Assembly: GCA_017467345.1 (NCBI GenBank)
Contig: JAFTSI010000047.1
Location: 2,360-66,359, forward strand
Length of the DNA stretch: 64,000 bases
Reading direction: 5' to 3'
Source: Clostridia bacterium
GTDB taxonomy: Bacteria > Bacillota > Clostridia > Christensenellales > Borkfalkiaceae
The position numbers were made by a program, and so were the translations under genes. Position 1 is the stretch's first letter, and the number at the start of each line of letters is the position of its first letter. The notes under the pieces are model-generated. The model saw only the letters and a list, made by a program, of their open reading frames with translations, ran no database searches and was not told where the DNA came from. This document shows, piece by piece, positions 56,287-64,000 of the stretch.

Positions 56287-58152
56287 ATGCAAGAAAACAA
56301 CGGTAAAATTACCAAATCACTTGAACAAAAAGCCAAGGAAAAGGCTCAAAAAGAACTTGTTGCTTTTGTCAAGGCAGATTTTGAAAGGCGCAGAAAAGAA
56401 AGGGTTGCGTTAGAGCGACAATGGGAACTAAACCTAAACTTTTTAAAGGGCAATCAACATTGTAGAATAGGTCTATCTGGCAATGTAGAAAAGGAAGAAA
56501 AGGAATACTTTTGGCAATCAAAAGAAGTGTTTAATCACATATCGCCCATAATGGAAACGCGCCTTGCAAGGCTATCAAGGGTTCACCCAGAAATATCGGT
56601 GCGCCCAAAATCAGATGATGATGAAGATGTTTCAAAGGCAAGCATTGCCGAAAAGTTGCTATCAGGCGCATTTAAGTCGGCAGGTCTAACAGAAACGGTA
56701 AGGCGCGCAAACACTTGGAGCGAAACTTGTGGAACGGCATTTTACAAGGTGGTATGGAATAGCAAAAGTGGTATGAAAACAGGCATTGTTGATGGCGAAG
56801 AAGTAAGGGAAGGGGAAGTGGAAATATCGGTTGTATCCCCCTTTGAAATATTCCCCGATAACTTGTATGCCGAAAAGATTACCGACCTAAAAAGCATAAT
56901 CCACGCAAAAGCCGTGCCCGTTTCGGTAATAAGGGAAAGGTATGGCGTAAGTTTAGCAGGTGGCGATATTGATGTGTTTGGTTTAACCCCACTAAATAAC
57001 TACAACTCTCAAAATGACGAAAGAAAGATACAAGACGCAGTTATCGTTATAGAGCGATACGACGCGCCAAGTTTAGAATACCCAAAAGGTAGGTTAATAA
57101 CAGTTGCAGGCGATAAACTTTTATATAACGGTGAATTGCCATACCTAAACGGTGAAAATGGCGCAAGAACATTTCCTTTTGTAAAGCAAGATTCCTTGCC
57201 CATAGCAGGAAGTTTTTTTAGTGCAAGCATAGTAGAGCGTATGATACCTGTTCAACGCGCATTTAATGCCGTTAAAAACAGAAAACACGAATTTTTGAAT
57301 AGGCTATGCACGGGTGTATTAACTGTGGAAGATGGCGCAGTTGACCTTGACGATTTAGAGGGCGAAGGCTTATCACCGGGTAAGGTATTAGTGTATAGGC
57401 AAGGCTCAAAAGCGCCCGAAATGATGGATGAATCTGCAATGCCACCAGATTTTGATTTAGAAGAAGAAAAACTACTCAATGAGTTTATAAGCATAAGTGG
57501 TGTTAGCGAAGTTTCAACGGCATCAAAGAACGCAAATCTATCAAGTGGTTCTGCGCTTGAATTGCTTGTTGAACAAGATAACGAAAGGCTTGTAATGAAC
57601 GCAGAGTCTATTAGAAACTGTTATTTAGAAATGGCGCGCCAAACATTAAGGCTATACGCACAGTTTATATCAGGGCTTAAAGCAGTGAGTTATAAAGATG
57701 CCTTTGGCAGAACCAAAATATGCTATGCCGATAAATCAACTGCACTTGCAGATGATGTGTATTTAGAGAGCGAAAACGAACTGTCATCAACACCAAACAA
57801 GCAAAAGGAAACTTTGTTTAGATTATACGATAGTGGCTTATTGTTTGATAATGATGGAAAACTTCGCCCAACCACAAAAGAGAAGTTGTTATCACTTCTT
57901 GGCTACAAAGACCTTGACTACCAAAAAGGGCTTTCAAGGTTGCACGAAGAAAAGGCTCAAAACGAAAACGAAAAGATAAGAGAGTTTGGTGTAGAAGTTG
58001 ATGAAATTGACGACCACGGCATACATATTGACGAACATATACGCTATGCGTTAAGCGAATATGAAGAACTTAGTGAAGAAGAAAAAAAGCGAATATTTAA
58101 TCACATAAACACACACAAGCAAATAATAAAAGAGTCGGCAAAAGCCGAATAG
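56287..58152 (+). CDS. Phage portal protein (621 aa)
   Basis: Called from its position between the terminase and scaffold/capsid genes, its size and its acidic C-terminal tail. No search possible. Confidence 0.65.
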   Translation: MQENNGKITKSLEQKAKEKAQKELVAFVKADFERRRKERVALERQWELNLNFLKGNQHCRIGLSGNVEKEEKEYFWQSKEVFNHISPIMETRLARLSRVHPEISVRPKSDDDEDVSKASIAEKLLSGAFKSAGLTETVRRANTWSETCGTAFYKVVWNSKSGMKTGIVDGEEVREGEVEISVVSPFEIFPDNLYAEKITDLKSIIHAKAVPVSVIRERYGVSLAGGDIDVFGLTPLNNYNSQNDERKIQDAVIVIERYDAPSLEYPKGRLITVAGDKLLYNGELPYLNGENGARTFPFVKQDSLPIAGSFFSASIVERMIPVQRAFNAVKNRKHEFLNRLCTGVLTVEDGAVDLDDLEGEGLSPGKVLVYRQGSKAPEMMDESAMPPDFDLEEEKLLNEFISISGVSEVSTASKNANLSSGSALELLVEQDNERLVMNAESIRNCYLEMARQTLRLYAQFISGLKAVSYKDAFGRTKICYADKSTALADDVYLESENELSSTPNKQKETLFRLYDSGLLFDNDGKLRPTTKEKLLSLLGYKDLDYQKGLSRLHEEKAQNENEKIREFGVEVDEIDDHGIHIDEHIRYALSEYEELSEEEKKRIFNHINTHKQIIKESAKAE

Positions 58153-58171
58153 AATAAGGGAGGGAAAACAA

Positions 58172-58615
58172 ATGGAAAACGGAAACGGTGAACAAATGGA
58201 AGTTAAAGCGCAACCCGTAGCGACGGAAGAAAATAAAGGCGAAGAAAAAACTGAAATCTCATTGGGAAAGTTTAAAGATGTAAACGCGCTACTTAGCGCA
58301 TATAACTCTTTGCAGTCTGAGTTTACCAAACGCTGTCAGCGCATCAAAGAGTTGGAGGGTAATTTAAGTGCAAACGATAATGCAGGCAAAAGCCAAACCG
58401 AAAGCACGGAAGTTGCTTGTAAAAGTAATGAAAATGTAAAAGATGAACCCTTATCCAAAGAGCAGGTTATAAAGGAGTATCTTAAAGGGTTACTTGAAAA
58501 CAAGAAAACGGCAATAATTATGGAAAGTGGTGGAGTGGGCTTAAAGACCCCTACCGATAAACCCAAAAGCATTGCCGAAGCGGGCAAACTCGCAATAGAA
58601 ATTTTAAAAAAATAA
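58172..58615 (+). CDS. Phage scaffolding protein (147 aa)
   Basis: Small, helical, charged protein directly upstream of the major capsid gene. Confidence 0.55.
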   Translation: MENGNGEQMEVKAQPVATEENKGEEKTEISLGKFKDVNALLSAYNSLQSEFTKRCQRIKELEGNLSANDNAGKSQTESTEVACKSNENVKDEPLSKEQVIKEYLKGLLENKKTAIIMESGGVGLKTPTDKPKSIAEAGKLAIEILKK

Positions 58616-58637
58616 AAAGGATTAAAAAGGAAAAATT

Positions 58638-59798
58638 ATGGCAGTAACTTTAACTAATGCGGATAAAGCGCTTAAAACTTTATATTTAGATGTAGTAGCA
58701 TCACAACTCAACACAGAAATCAACCCCTTTTTATCGGCAGTAAAACAAAGCACAGATGATGTATGGGGAAAAGAAGTTCGTAAACTTGCTATTTACGGTG
58801 TAAACGGTGGTATCGGTGCAGGCACGGAAGATGGCGACCTTCCCGACGCAACAGGCAACAACTACGAACAATTTGTTCTTACTCTTAAAAACCTTTACGG
58901 CACTATTGAAATTAGCGACAAGGCAATTCGCGCAAGTGAAAACAATTCTGGCGCGTTTGTAAGTTTACTCAATGCCGAAATGGAAGGACTTTTAAAAGCA
59001 AGCAGTTTCAACTTTGGCAGAATGCTTTTTGGTGATGGCTCTGGCGAACTTGCAAAAATTGTTTCAGTATCAGAAAATGTTGCAGTTTTAGACACCGTTA
59101 AAAACCTTATTGAAGGTATGGTAATTGATGTAAGAAAAAATAGTGGCGAAACCGTTCACGGTGCAAAGCGCATTGTATCGGTTGATAGAAAGAACAAATC
59201 GGTAGTATTAAGTGGTAGTGTAGAAGATGCAGTAGAAGGCGATATCGTAACCGTTCAAGGCTCATATAACAACGAAATCACAGGTCTTAAAGCAATCTTT
59301 GGCGAAGGCAACACTCTCTACGGCTTAAACAAAGAAACTCACGGTTGGCTCAACCCCTACAAAAAGGAAGTTGAAGGCGAAATCACCGAACTTGATATTC
59401 AAACTGCACTTGACACCATTGAAGAACAATCTGGTGGCGCAGTAAACTTTATCATTTGTTCGTGGGGTGTGCGCCGTGCCCTTCAAAAACTCTTTGCCGA
59501 AAACAAACGCAACATTGACACCGAAGTTTTGGCAGGTGGTTATAGAGCAATGACCTATAACGGTATTCCTATCGTAGCAGATAGATTTTGCCCAGAGGGA
59601 ACTATGTATTTACTCAACACCAACGACTTTACCTTATGTCAACTTTGCGACTGGCAATGGCTTGAAGGCGAAGATGGAAAGGTGTTAAAACAAATTGCAG
59701 GTAAGCCTGTATACACGGCTACCTTGGTAAAATATGCCGACCTTATTTGCGCAAGACCAATCGGTCAAGGTATGATAAGCGGTATCACCGAAGCGTAA
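58638..59798 (+). CDS. Phage major capsid protein (386 aa)
   Basis: Called from its position and size. The N-terminal ...ALKTLYLDVV...INPFL pattern is typical of major capsid families. A strong RBS precedes it and a hairpin follows directly. Confidence 0.65.
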   Translation: MAVTLTNADKALKTLYLDVVASQLNTEINPFLSAVKQSTDDVWGKEVRKLAIYGVNGGIGAGTEDGDLPDATGNNYEQFVLTLKNLYGTIEISDKAIRASENNSGAFVSLLNAEMEGLLKASSFNFGRMLFGDGSGELAKIVSVSENVAVLDTVKNLIEGMVIDVRKNSGETVHGAKRIVSVDRKNKSVVLSGSVEDAVEGDIVTVQGSYNNEITGLKAIFGEGNTLYGLNKETHGWLNPYKKEVEGEITELDIQTALDTIEEQSGGAVNFIICSWGVRRALQKLFAENKRNIDTEVLAGGYRAMTYNGIPIVADRFCPEGTMYLLNTNDFTLCQLCDWQWLEGEDGKVLKQIAGKPVYTATLVKYADLICARPIGQGMISGITEA

Positions 59799-59812
59799 AC
59801 CTAAAATTACTT

Positions 59813-59848
59813 TTGCCGAGTTTAGAAGTTAAACTCGGCAAATTTTAT
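59813..59848 (+). terminator. Hairpin/terminator immediately after the capsid gene
   Basis: 12-bp stem ttgccgagttta/taaactcggcaa followed by atttt. Confidence 0.6.
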
Positions 59849-59863
59849 AATAAGGAGAAGAGT

Positions 59864-60418
59864 ATGAAAATAAGCGATATAGTAAATTGCGTAGCCACCT
59901 ACTTGGCGCGCGAAAATGTGCTTAAATACCTTAACGGCGAAACGGAAAATATAGGCGACGCAAAAGAGCAAATAGACACTATGGTTCGCGCTTGCAACTT
60001 GGTTATAGGCGAACTTGCAAGTTCGTATATTCCTATGGTAAAACGCGAAAAGGTTATTCCTACCGATAGCAAAGTTTACTATGGCAGTTTAACAGAAACT
60101 GCTGTGGAAATACTTGCAGTAGAAAACGAAAGTGGCAAATCGGCAGTTTACGATTTTAGCCCCGAATACTTAAAAACAGGTGTTAGCCCTGCCGTTATAG
60201 TTTATAAATACTTGCCTGCAAACTACGATTTAAACGACACCGTTGGCTTTGACGCAAAGGTAAGCGCAAGAATACTTGCCTACGGCGTGGCGGCGGAAAT
60301 AACCTTAATAGAGCGCAACTTTGATGAAAGTGTAAACTGGCGCAAACGCTACACTAATGCCGTTTCCTTACTTACAGAGCCAAAGAGTTTTGTAATGGCA
60401 AAAAGGAGATGGCTATAA
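59864..60418 (+). CDS. Hypothetical 184-aa phage structural-module protein (possible head completion/adaptor)
   Basis: An AAGGAG RBS precedes the ATG at 59864 (the track ORF start 59747 overlaps the capsid gene). The stop overlaps the next start (TAATG). Confidence 0.5.
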   Translation: MKISDIVNCVATYLARENVLKYLNGETENIGDAKEQIDTMVRACNLVIGELASSYIPMVKREKVIPTDSKVYYGSLTETAVEILAVENESGKSAVYDFSPEYLKTGVSPAVIVYKYLPANYDLNDTVGFDAKVSARILAYGVAAEITLIERNFDESVNWRKRYTNAVSLLTEPKSFVMAKRRWL

Positions 60419-61629
60419 TGAAATTACACGGCTTTAACAAGGTGAGTTTGAAAGTAAATAAACACCTGTTAAACTTTAAAAATGACCAAGCGTTTGAAAG
60501 TGGTTGTAAGGTAGAAGAAGATAAACTATTTTCTGGCATAGGCTTAATAGAGTTAGAAAACTCACTTAATAATTTAGCGCCTATTGAATATTTTTCTTGT
60601 GCAAAAAATGAGTATGTGTATTGCGCCGATAATAACATTTATTCCATTACTAAAAGTGGCTATGAAAGGGTGGGTATGCTTAACTTTAAGGGTAAGCCAA
60701 AGTTTGTTGAACTATCTTTTTATGGCAAACCTAACCCTTACGCATTATATGATGGCTCACTATATCCTTTAACCGATATAGGCGCAGAAATAGGCATAAT
60801 TAAGTGCGATAACTGTCAAACGGAAAAGGGCTACTTTTTTTGCGAAAAGGGTTATGAACTATATTTTGCCCCTGCAATAGATATATACGAAAAGGGTTAT
60901 GACGCAATCAATGTAAACTGCGCCATTTTTGATATTAACGACGGCAAAGTTTTAGGTGTTTATAAGGTTAATGATGAACTAAAAATCATCACCGAAAATC
61001 GCGCCTACTCATTAAACTTAACAAACGATTTAAGTAGGGCAGAAATCAAGTGCGAAAAGTTTTTTTGCGAAAGGGTAAGTGGCGCAATAACTGTTAACGG
61101 CGCACTCTATTTAATAGGCAAAACCCAAATACTTGAATACTCAAATAGCGATAAAGGCGGAGTGCCTCTACCTTTTGAAATTGAAAGTGTTTTAAGTTTA
61201 GGAAAATACCAAAACAATTTAGTGGTGCATTTACTATCAAACGGCAAAGAAAAAATTATAGTTTTATCAAAAGATAAAAGTATAAAAGTAATATGTGTTG
61301 ATGGGCTAATTCATAACGGAAATGGCAAGTTTATATGTAAACAAAACAATATGTTTTATGAGTTAGGTTTAGCAAAAAATTGCTACTATGAAAGCAAAAA
61401 AATACCCCTTAAATTAGATAAAGAAAAGTGCCATTTAATAGCAGTATCTTTTAACTCTAAAACCAAAGGCGTATTTTCAGTTTTTGGCGATTTTGGTAGC
61501 AAAGAATATAACATTAACGCAGGCGAAAACTACATAAAACTAAACGCCTTTTCAAAGCACTTTACCTTTAAGTTTTATTTAGAAAGTGGCGCAGAAATAA
61601 CTGAGTTTAGCGCGCAATATACCGAATAG
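60418..61629 (+). CDS. Hypothetical 403-aa beta-rich protein
   Basis: ATG at 60418, 9 nt after a GGAG, overlapping the upstream stop (alternative ATG at 60409). No recognisable motif. Confidence 0.55.
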   Translation: MKLHGFNKVSLKVNKHLLNFKNDQAFESGCKVEEDKLFSGIGLIELENSLNNLAPIEYFSCAKNEYVYCADNNIYSITKSGYERVGMLNFKGKPKFVELSFYGKPNPYALYDGSLYPLTDIGAEIGIIKCDNCQTEKGYFFCEKGYELYFAPAIDIYEKGYDAINVNCAIFDINDGKVLGVYKVNDELKIITENRAYSLNLTNDLSRAEIKCEKFFCERVSGAITVNGALYLIGKTQILEYSNSDKGGVPLPFEIESVLSLGKYQNNLVVHLLSNGKEKIIVLSKDKSIKVICVDGLIHNGNGKFICKQNNMFYELGLAKNCYYESKKIPLKLDKEKCHLIAVSFNSKTKGVFSVFGDFGSKEYNINAGENYIKLNAFSKHFTFKFYLESGAEITEFSAQYTE

Positions 61630-61646
61630 AATATAGGAGAATAAAA

Positions 61647-62543
61647 ATGGAATATGTAACCCCAACTTCTCACGAAGAATTAATAAACACCTTGCGCGAT
61701 ATATTTGTGTATTATCGCATACAAAAGCAAGATTTTTACCCAGAAGAGATGCAAAAGATTTCGCTTGAAAAACTACCCGATATAAATAGAAGCGAAAGTG
61801 AACTTTTTGAACTTGCTAAAACCCTTTTAAGTGGCGCGCACGAAAAGGAAATATTTAACTATAAACAAGGTATTGCATTAGAGATTGAAAACATAGAAAA
61901 ATCTTTGCAACAATTAGAAGAAACATTTGAAAAAAAGGTTAGCGCACTAAATGTTAGCCACGCAAACGCCATTGAAGAATATAAAATTTTAGCAAGCAAA
62001 AACGGTATTATGAACACCGATATCTTTATTGAAAAGGTATCAACCCTAAAAGCCGATTTTGAAATGGAAATATCTAAACTAAATAGCGAAAAGCAGTTAG
62101 AAATACAAGAATTGAACTCAAAAAAAGAAGAATTAATAATTAAAAAAGAAAATGCAAAAAGCCACTTTGAAATGGTGCATACTGCAGAAGTCAATTCTAA
62201 AACGGCAGAACTTATGGAACTTGAAACCCAAAACCATTACGACATTTTAAGGTATAACAATAGTGTTGATGAAAAAAACATTAAATACTCTAACTATGTT
62301 GACCAACTTCGCGCATCACTCTTGCTTAGGTATTTAGAAATCCGTAGTGAGCCACTTAGCAAAGATGAACTTGTAAATCTTGGCTACTATACTGATGTAA
62401 TAGAGTGCATTGATGCATATTATTCAACCTTAACGCCTACTGAGGCATATGAAGATATGATAGGCGACCCAACGATAGGAATGTATTTAGAAGATTACTA
62501 TCAAATAATTTTAATGCACTATAAAACTGCGGCAAACGCATAA
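61647..62543 (+). CDS. Hypothetical 298-aa coiled-coil protein
   Basis: GGAG RBS. The central region is rich in heptad-like E/K/L repeats. Confidence 0.55.
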   Translation: MEYVTPTSHEELINTLRDIFVYYRIQKQDFYPEEMQKISLEKLPDINRSESELFELAKTLLSGAHEKEIFNYKQGIALEIENIEKSLQQLEETFEKKVSALNVSHANAIEEYKILASKNGIMNTDIFIEKVSTLKADFEMEISKLNSEKQLEIQELNSKKEELIIKKENAKSHFEMVHTAEVNSKTAELMELETQNHYDILRYNNSVDEKNIKYSNYVDQLRASLLLRYLEIRSEPLSKDELVNLGYYTDVIECIDAYYSTLTPTEAYEDMIGDPTIGMYLEDYYQIILMHYKTAANA

Positions 62544-62549
62544 AAAACA

Positions 62550-62576
62550 AAAAAACCCTGTTTTCAGGGTTTTTTT
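62550..62576 (+). terminator. Intrinsic terminator ending the phage-like operon
   Basis: Stem aaaccctg/cagggttt with a T7 run. Confidence 0.8.
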
Positions 62577-62810
62577 GACTAAAAAGGAAATTTGTAAAAA
62601 AATGAAAATTAACAAAAATTAGAAACGGCGACCAAACTTCCTATAAATAGGCATCAGCCCGCTTCAATGAAGCGCCGTTTTTAACATTTATAATACTAAA
62701 TAAAACCCAAAAAGTCAATGCATTTAATTAAAAACTAAAAAATATTTCACTTTACTTAAACAAAAATATATGTTATTATATAGTTTAGAAAAAAATGTGG
62801 GCGAAAGGCT

Positions 62811-63851
62811 ATGAGTAAAATTGTTAAAATAGGGAACATAAATATCGGTGGTGGCAATAAAATTGCCGTGCAATCAATGTCAACACTTCGTTTAAGTGAT
62901 GAAAAAAGGGCTATTCTTCAAACGCTTGAACTTGAAAAGGCAGGTTGCGATATTATAAGATTTTCGGTGCTTGATGAGTTAGATGCAAAAAGCATTTCAA
63001 ACATTAAAAAAAGCATAAACATACCACTTGTTGCCGACATACATTTTGATTATAAGTTAGCCCTTTTAGCCATAGAAAACGGCGCAGATAAAATAAGGAT
63101 TAACCCAGGAAATATCGGTGGCGAAGAAAATGTTAAAGCCGTTGCCAAAGCCTTAAAAGAGTATAATGTGCCTGTAAGGGTAGGCTCAAACACAGGCAGT
63201 ATTGAAAAAGAGTTTTTAAGTAAGTATGGCAAAAACGAAATATCGCTTGGCGAAAGCGCGCTAAAAAATGTTAGTTATTTAGAAAAATACGGTGTAGAAA
63301 ACATTGTAATATCGGTTAAAGCATCAAGTGTTCCACTAATGGTAAAGGCATACGAATATGTTGCAAAGCGCACCGATTACCCATTACATTTAGGGGTAAC
63401 CGAAGCAGGCACAGAATATAGTGGAATAATAAAAAACTCTGCGGGCATAGGCGCGCTACTAATAAAGGGCATAGGCGATACAATTAGGGTAAGTTTATCG
63501 GCAGAGCCTATTCGCGAAGTATTGTGCGCTAAAACCTTGCTAAACTCACTTGAACTGGCTTCCGATATGGTAGATGTTATTGCTTGCCCAACTTGTGGCA
63601 GATGCGCTTGGGATTGTATGGCATTTGCAAACGAAGTTAGCGAATATGTAAAGAACATAAACAAAAAACTAAAAATAGCCGTTATGGGTTGTGTAGTAAA
63701 CGGCCCAGGCGAAGGCAAAGATGCCGATATAGGTATTGCAGGTGGCGTAGATAGTTGCGTAATTTTTAAGAAAGGCGAAATAATTCAAAAAGTATCGTTT
63801 GATAAGGTTAAAGAAGTATTTTTTAAGGAAATTGATAAATGTATACAGTAA
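62811..63851 (+). CDS. ispG: 4-hydroxy-3-methylbut-2-en-1-yl diphosphate synthase (flavodoxin)
   Basis: IGNINIGGGNKIAVQSM at the N-terminus, RINPGNIG, and the CPTCGRC ... GCVVNGPGE Fe-S cluster motifs. Confidence 0.92.
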   Translation: MSKIVKIGNINIGGGNKIAVQSMSTLRLSDEKRAILQTLELEKAGCDIIRFSVLDELDAKSISNIKKSINIPLVADIHFDYKLALLAIENGADKIRINPGNIGGEENVKAVAKALKEYNVPVRVGSNTGSIEKEFLSKYGKNEISLGESALKNVSYLEKYGVENIVISVKASSVPLMVKAYEYVAKRTDYPLHLGVTEAGTEYSGIIKNSAGIGALLIKGIGDTIRVSLSAEPIREVLCAKTLLNSLELASDMVDVIACPTCGRCAWDCMAFANEVSEYVKNINKKLKIAVMGCVVNGPGEGKDADIGIAGGVDSCVIFKKGEIIQKVSFDKVKEVFFKEIDKCIQ

Positions 63852-64000
63852 AAACAAGTGATGAGTTTATAGCCGATATAAGGGGTATAGATGAAAGGCT
63901 TAAAAGAATAAGGTTATCGGGCATAGAAGTTGAAAGAAAAACTCAATCAATTCGCTACCATTTTATATGCGATAGTGTTGTTGACGATATTTTGCAAAGC
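63839..64000 (+). CDS. 5' end of an ORF running off the window (possibly the PolC-type DNA polymerase III N-terminus)
   Basis: The ATG at 63839 overlaps the ispG end by 13 nt, and the frame stays open to 64000 (MYTVKTSDEFIADIRGIDERLKRIRLSGIEVERKTQSIRYHFICD...). ispG-polC adjacency is common in Firmicutes. The function call is weak. Confidence 0.3.
   Translation, partial: MYTVKTSDEFIADIRGIDERLKRIRLSGIEVERKTQSIRYHFICDSVVDDILQS

Noticed and set aside
50155-62576. Calling the region an intact prophage
   Set aside because: No integrase, lysogeny switch, replication, tail or lysis genes are visible, and no att repeats are seen. It is reported instead as a head-only phage-derived island.
62623-62682. 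Branched structure upstream of ispG: outer stem aaacggcg/cgccgttt enclosing hairpins cctat-aa-atagg and gcttc-aat-gaagc, followed by a T-run
   Set aside because: It does not match a riboswitch class I can recognise. It lies upstream of the likely ispG promoter and 45 nt after another terminator. It is most simply a second, complex terminator or a chance AT-rich fold. A covariance search (Rfam) could revisit this.

Overview
Low-GC, Firmicutes/Clostridia-like chromosomal segment. All calls come from motif recognition by eye; no database search was possible. In order, the window holds: (1) a Wzx/Wzy-type capsule/EPS locus (2..14513) with three Wzy-like membrane proteins, a flippase, ugd, a split Alg14/Alg13-type glycosyltransferase, five GT2 enzymes and the CpsC/CpsD/CpsB tyrosine-kinase module; (2) an SNF-family Na+ symporter; (3) two tandem 581-aa paralogs of unknown function behind a palindromic operator; (4) tRNA-Gln(CUG); (5) a T-box leader in front of an unusual HTH-cupin/acyl-CoA-synthetase fusion; (6) a glycan-utilisation region with two giant surface proteins, an AraC regulator, an LplABC-type ABC importer, a GH36 alpha-galactosidase, a clan GH-A lipoprotein, and an isomerase/kinase/aldolase operon with a PocR-AraC regulator; (7) plsC; (8) a 12-kb phage-derived island (50.1-62.6 kb) with terminase, portal, scaffold and capsid genes but no recognisable integrase, replication, tail or lysis genes; (9) ispG. 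The most unusual non-coding signal is a family of four intergenic arrays (about 20.2, 23.4, 27.1 and 32.0 kb). In these, a conserved 7-8 nt motif (RGTKATAT, or its complement ATATMACY) alternates with unrelated short perfect stem-loops. Other items worth follow-up: the head-only phage module, which shares a promoter-proximal motif with a beta-propeller/SH3 surface protein; the T-box/acyl-CoA ligase pairing; and an about 220-aa domain repeated six times in three surface proteins.
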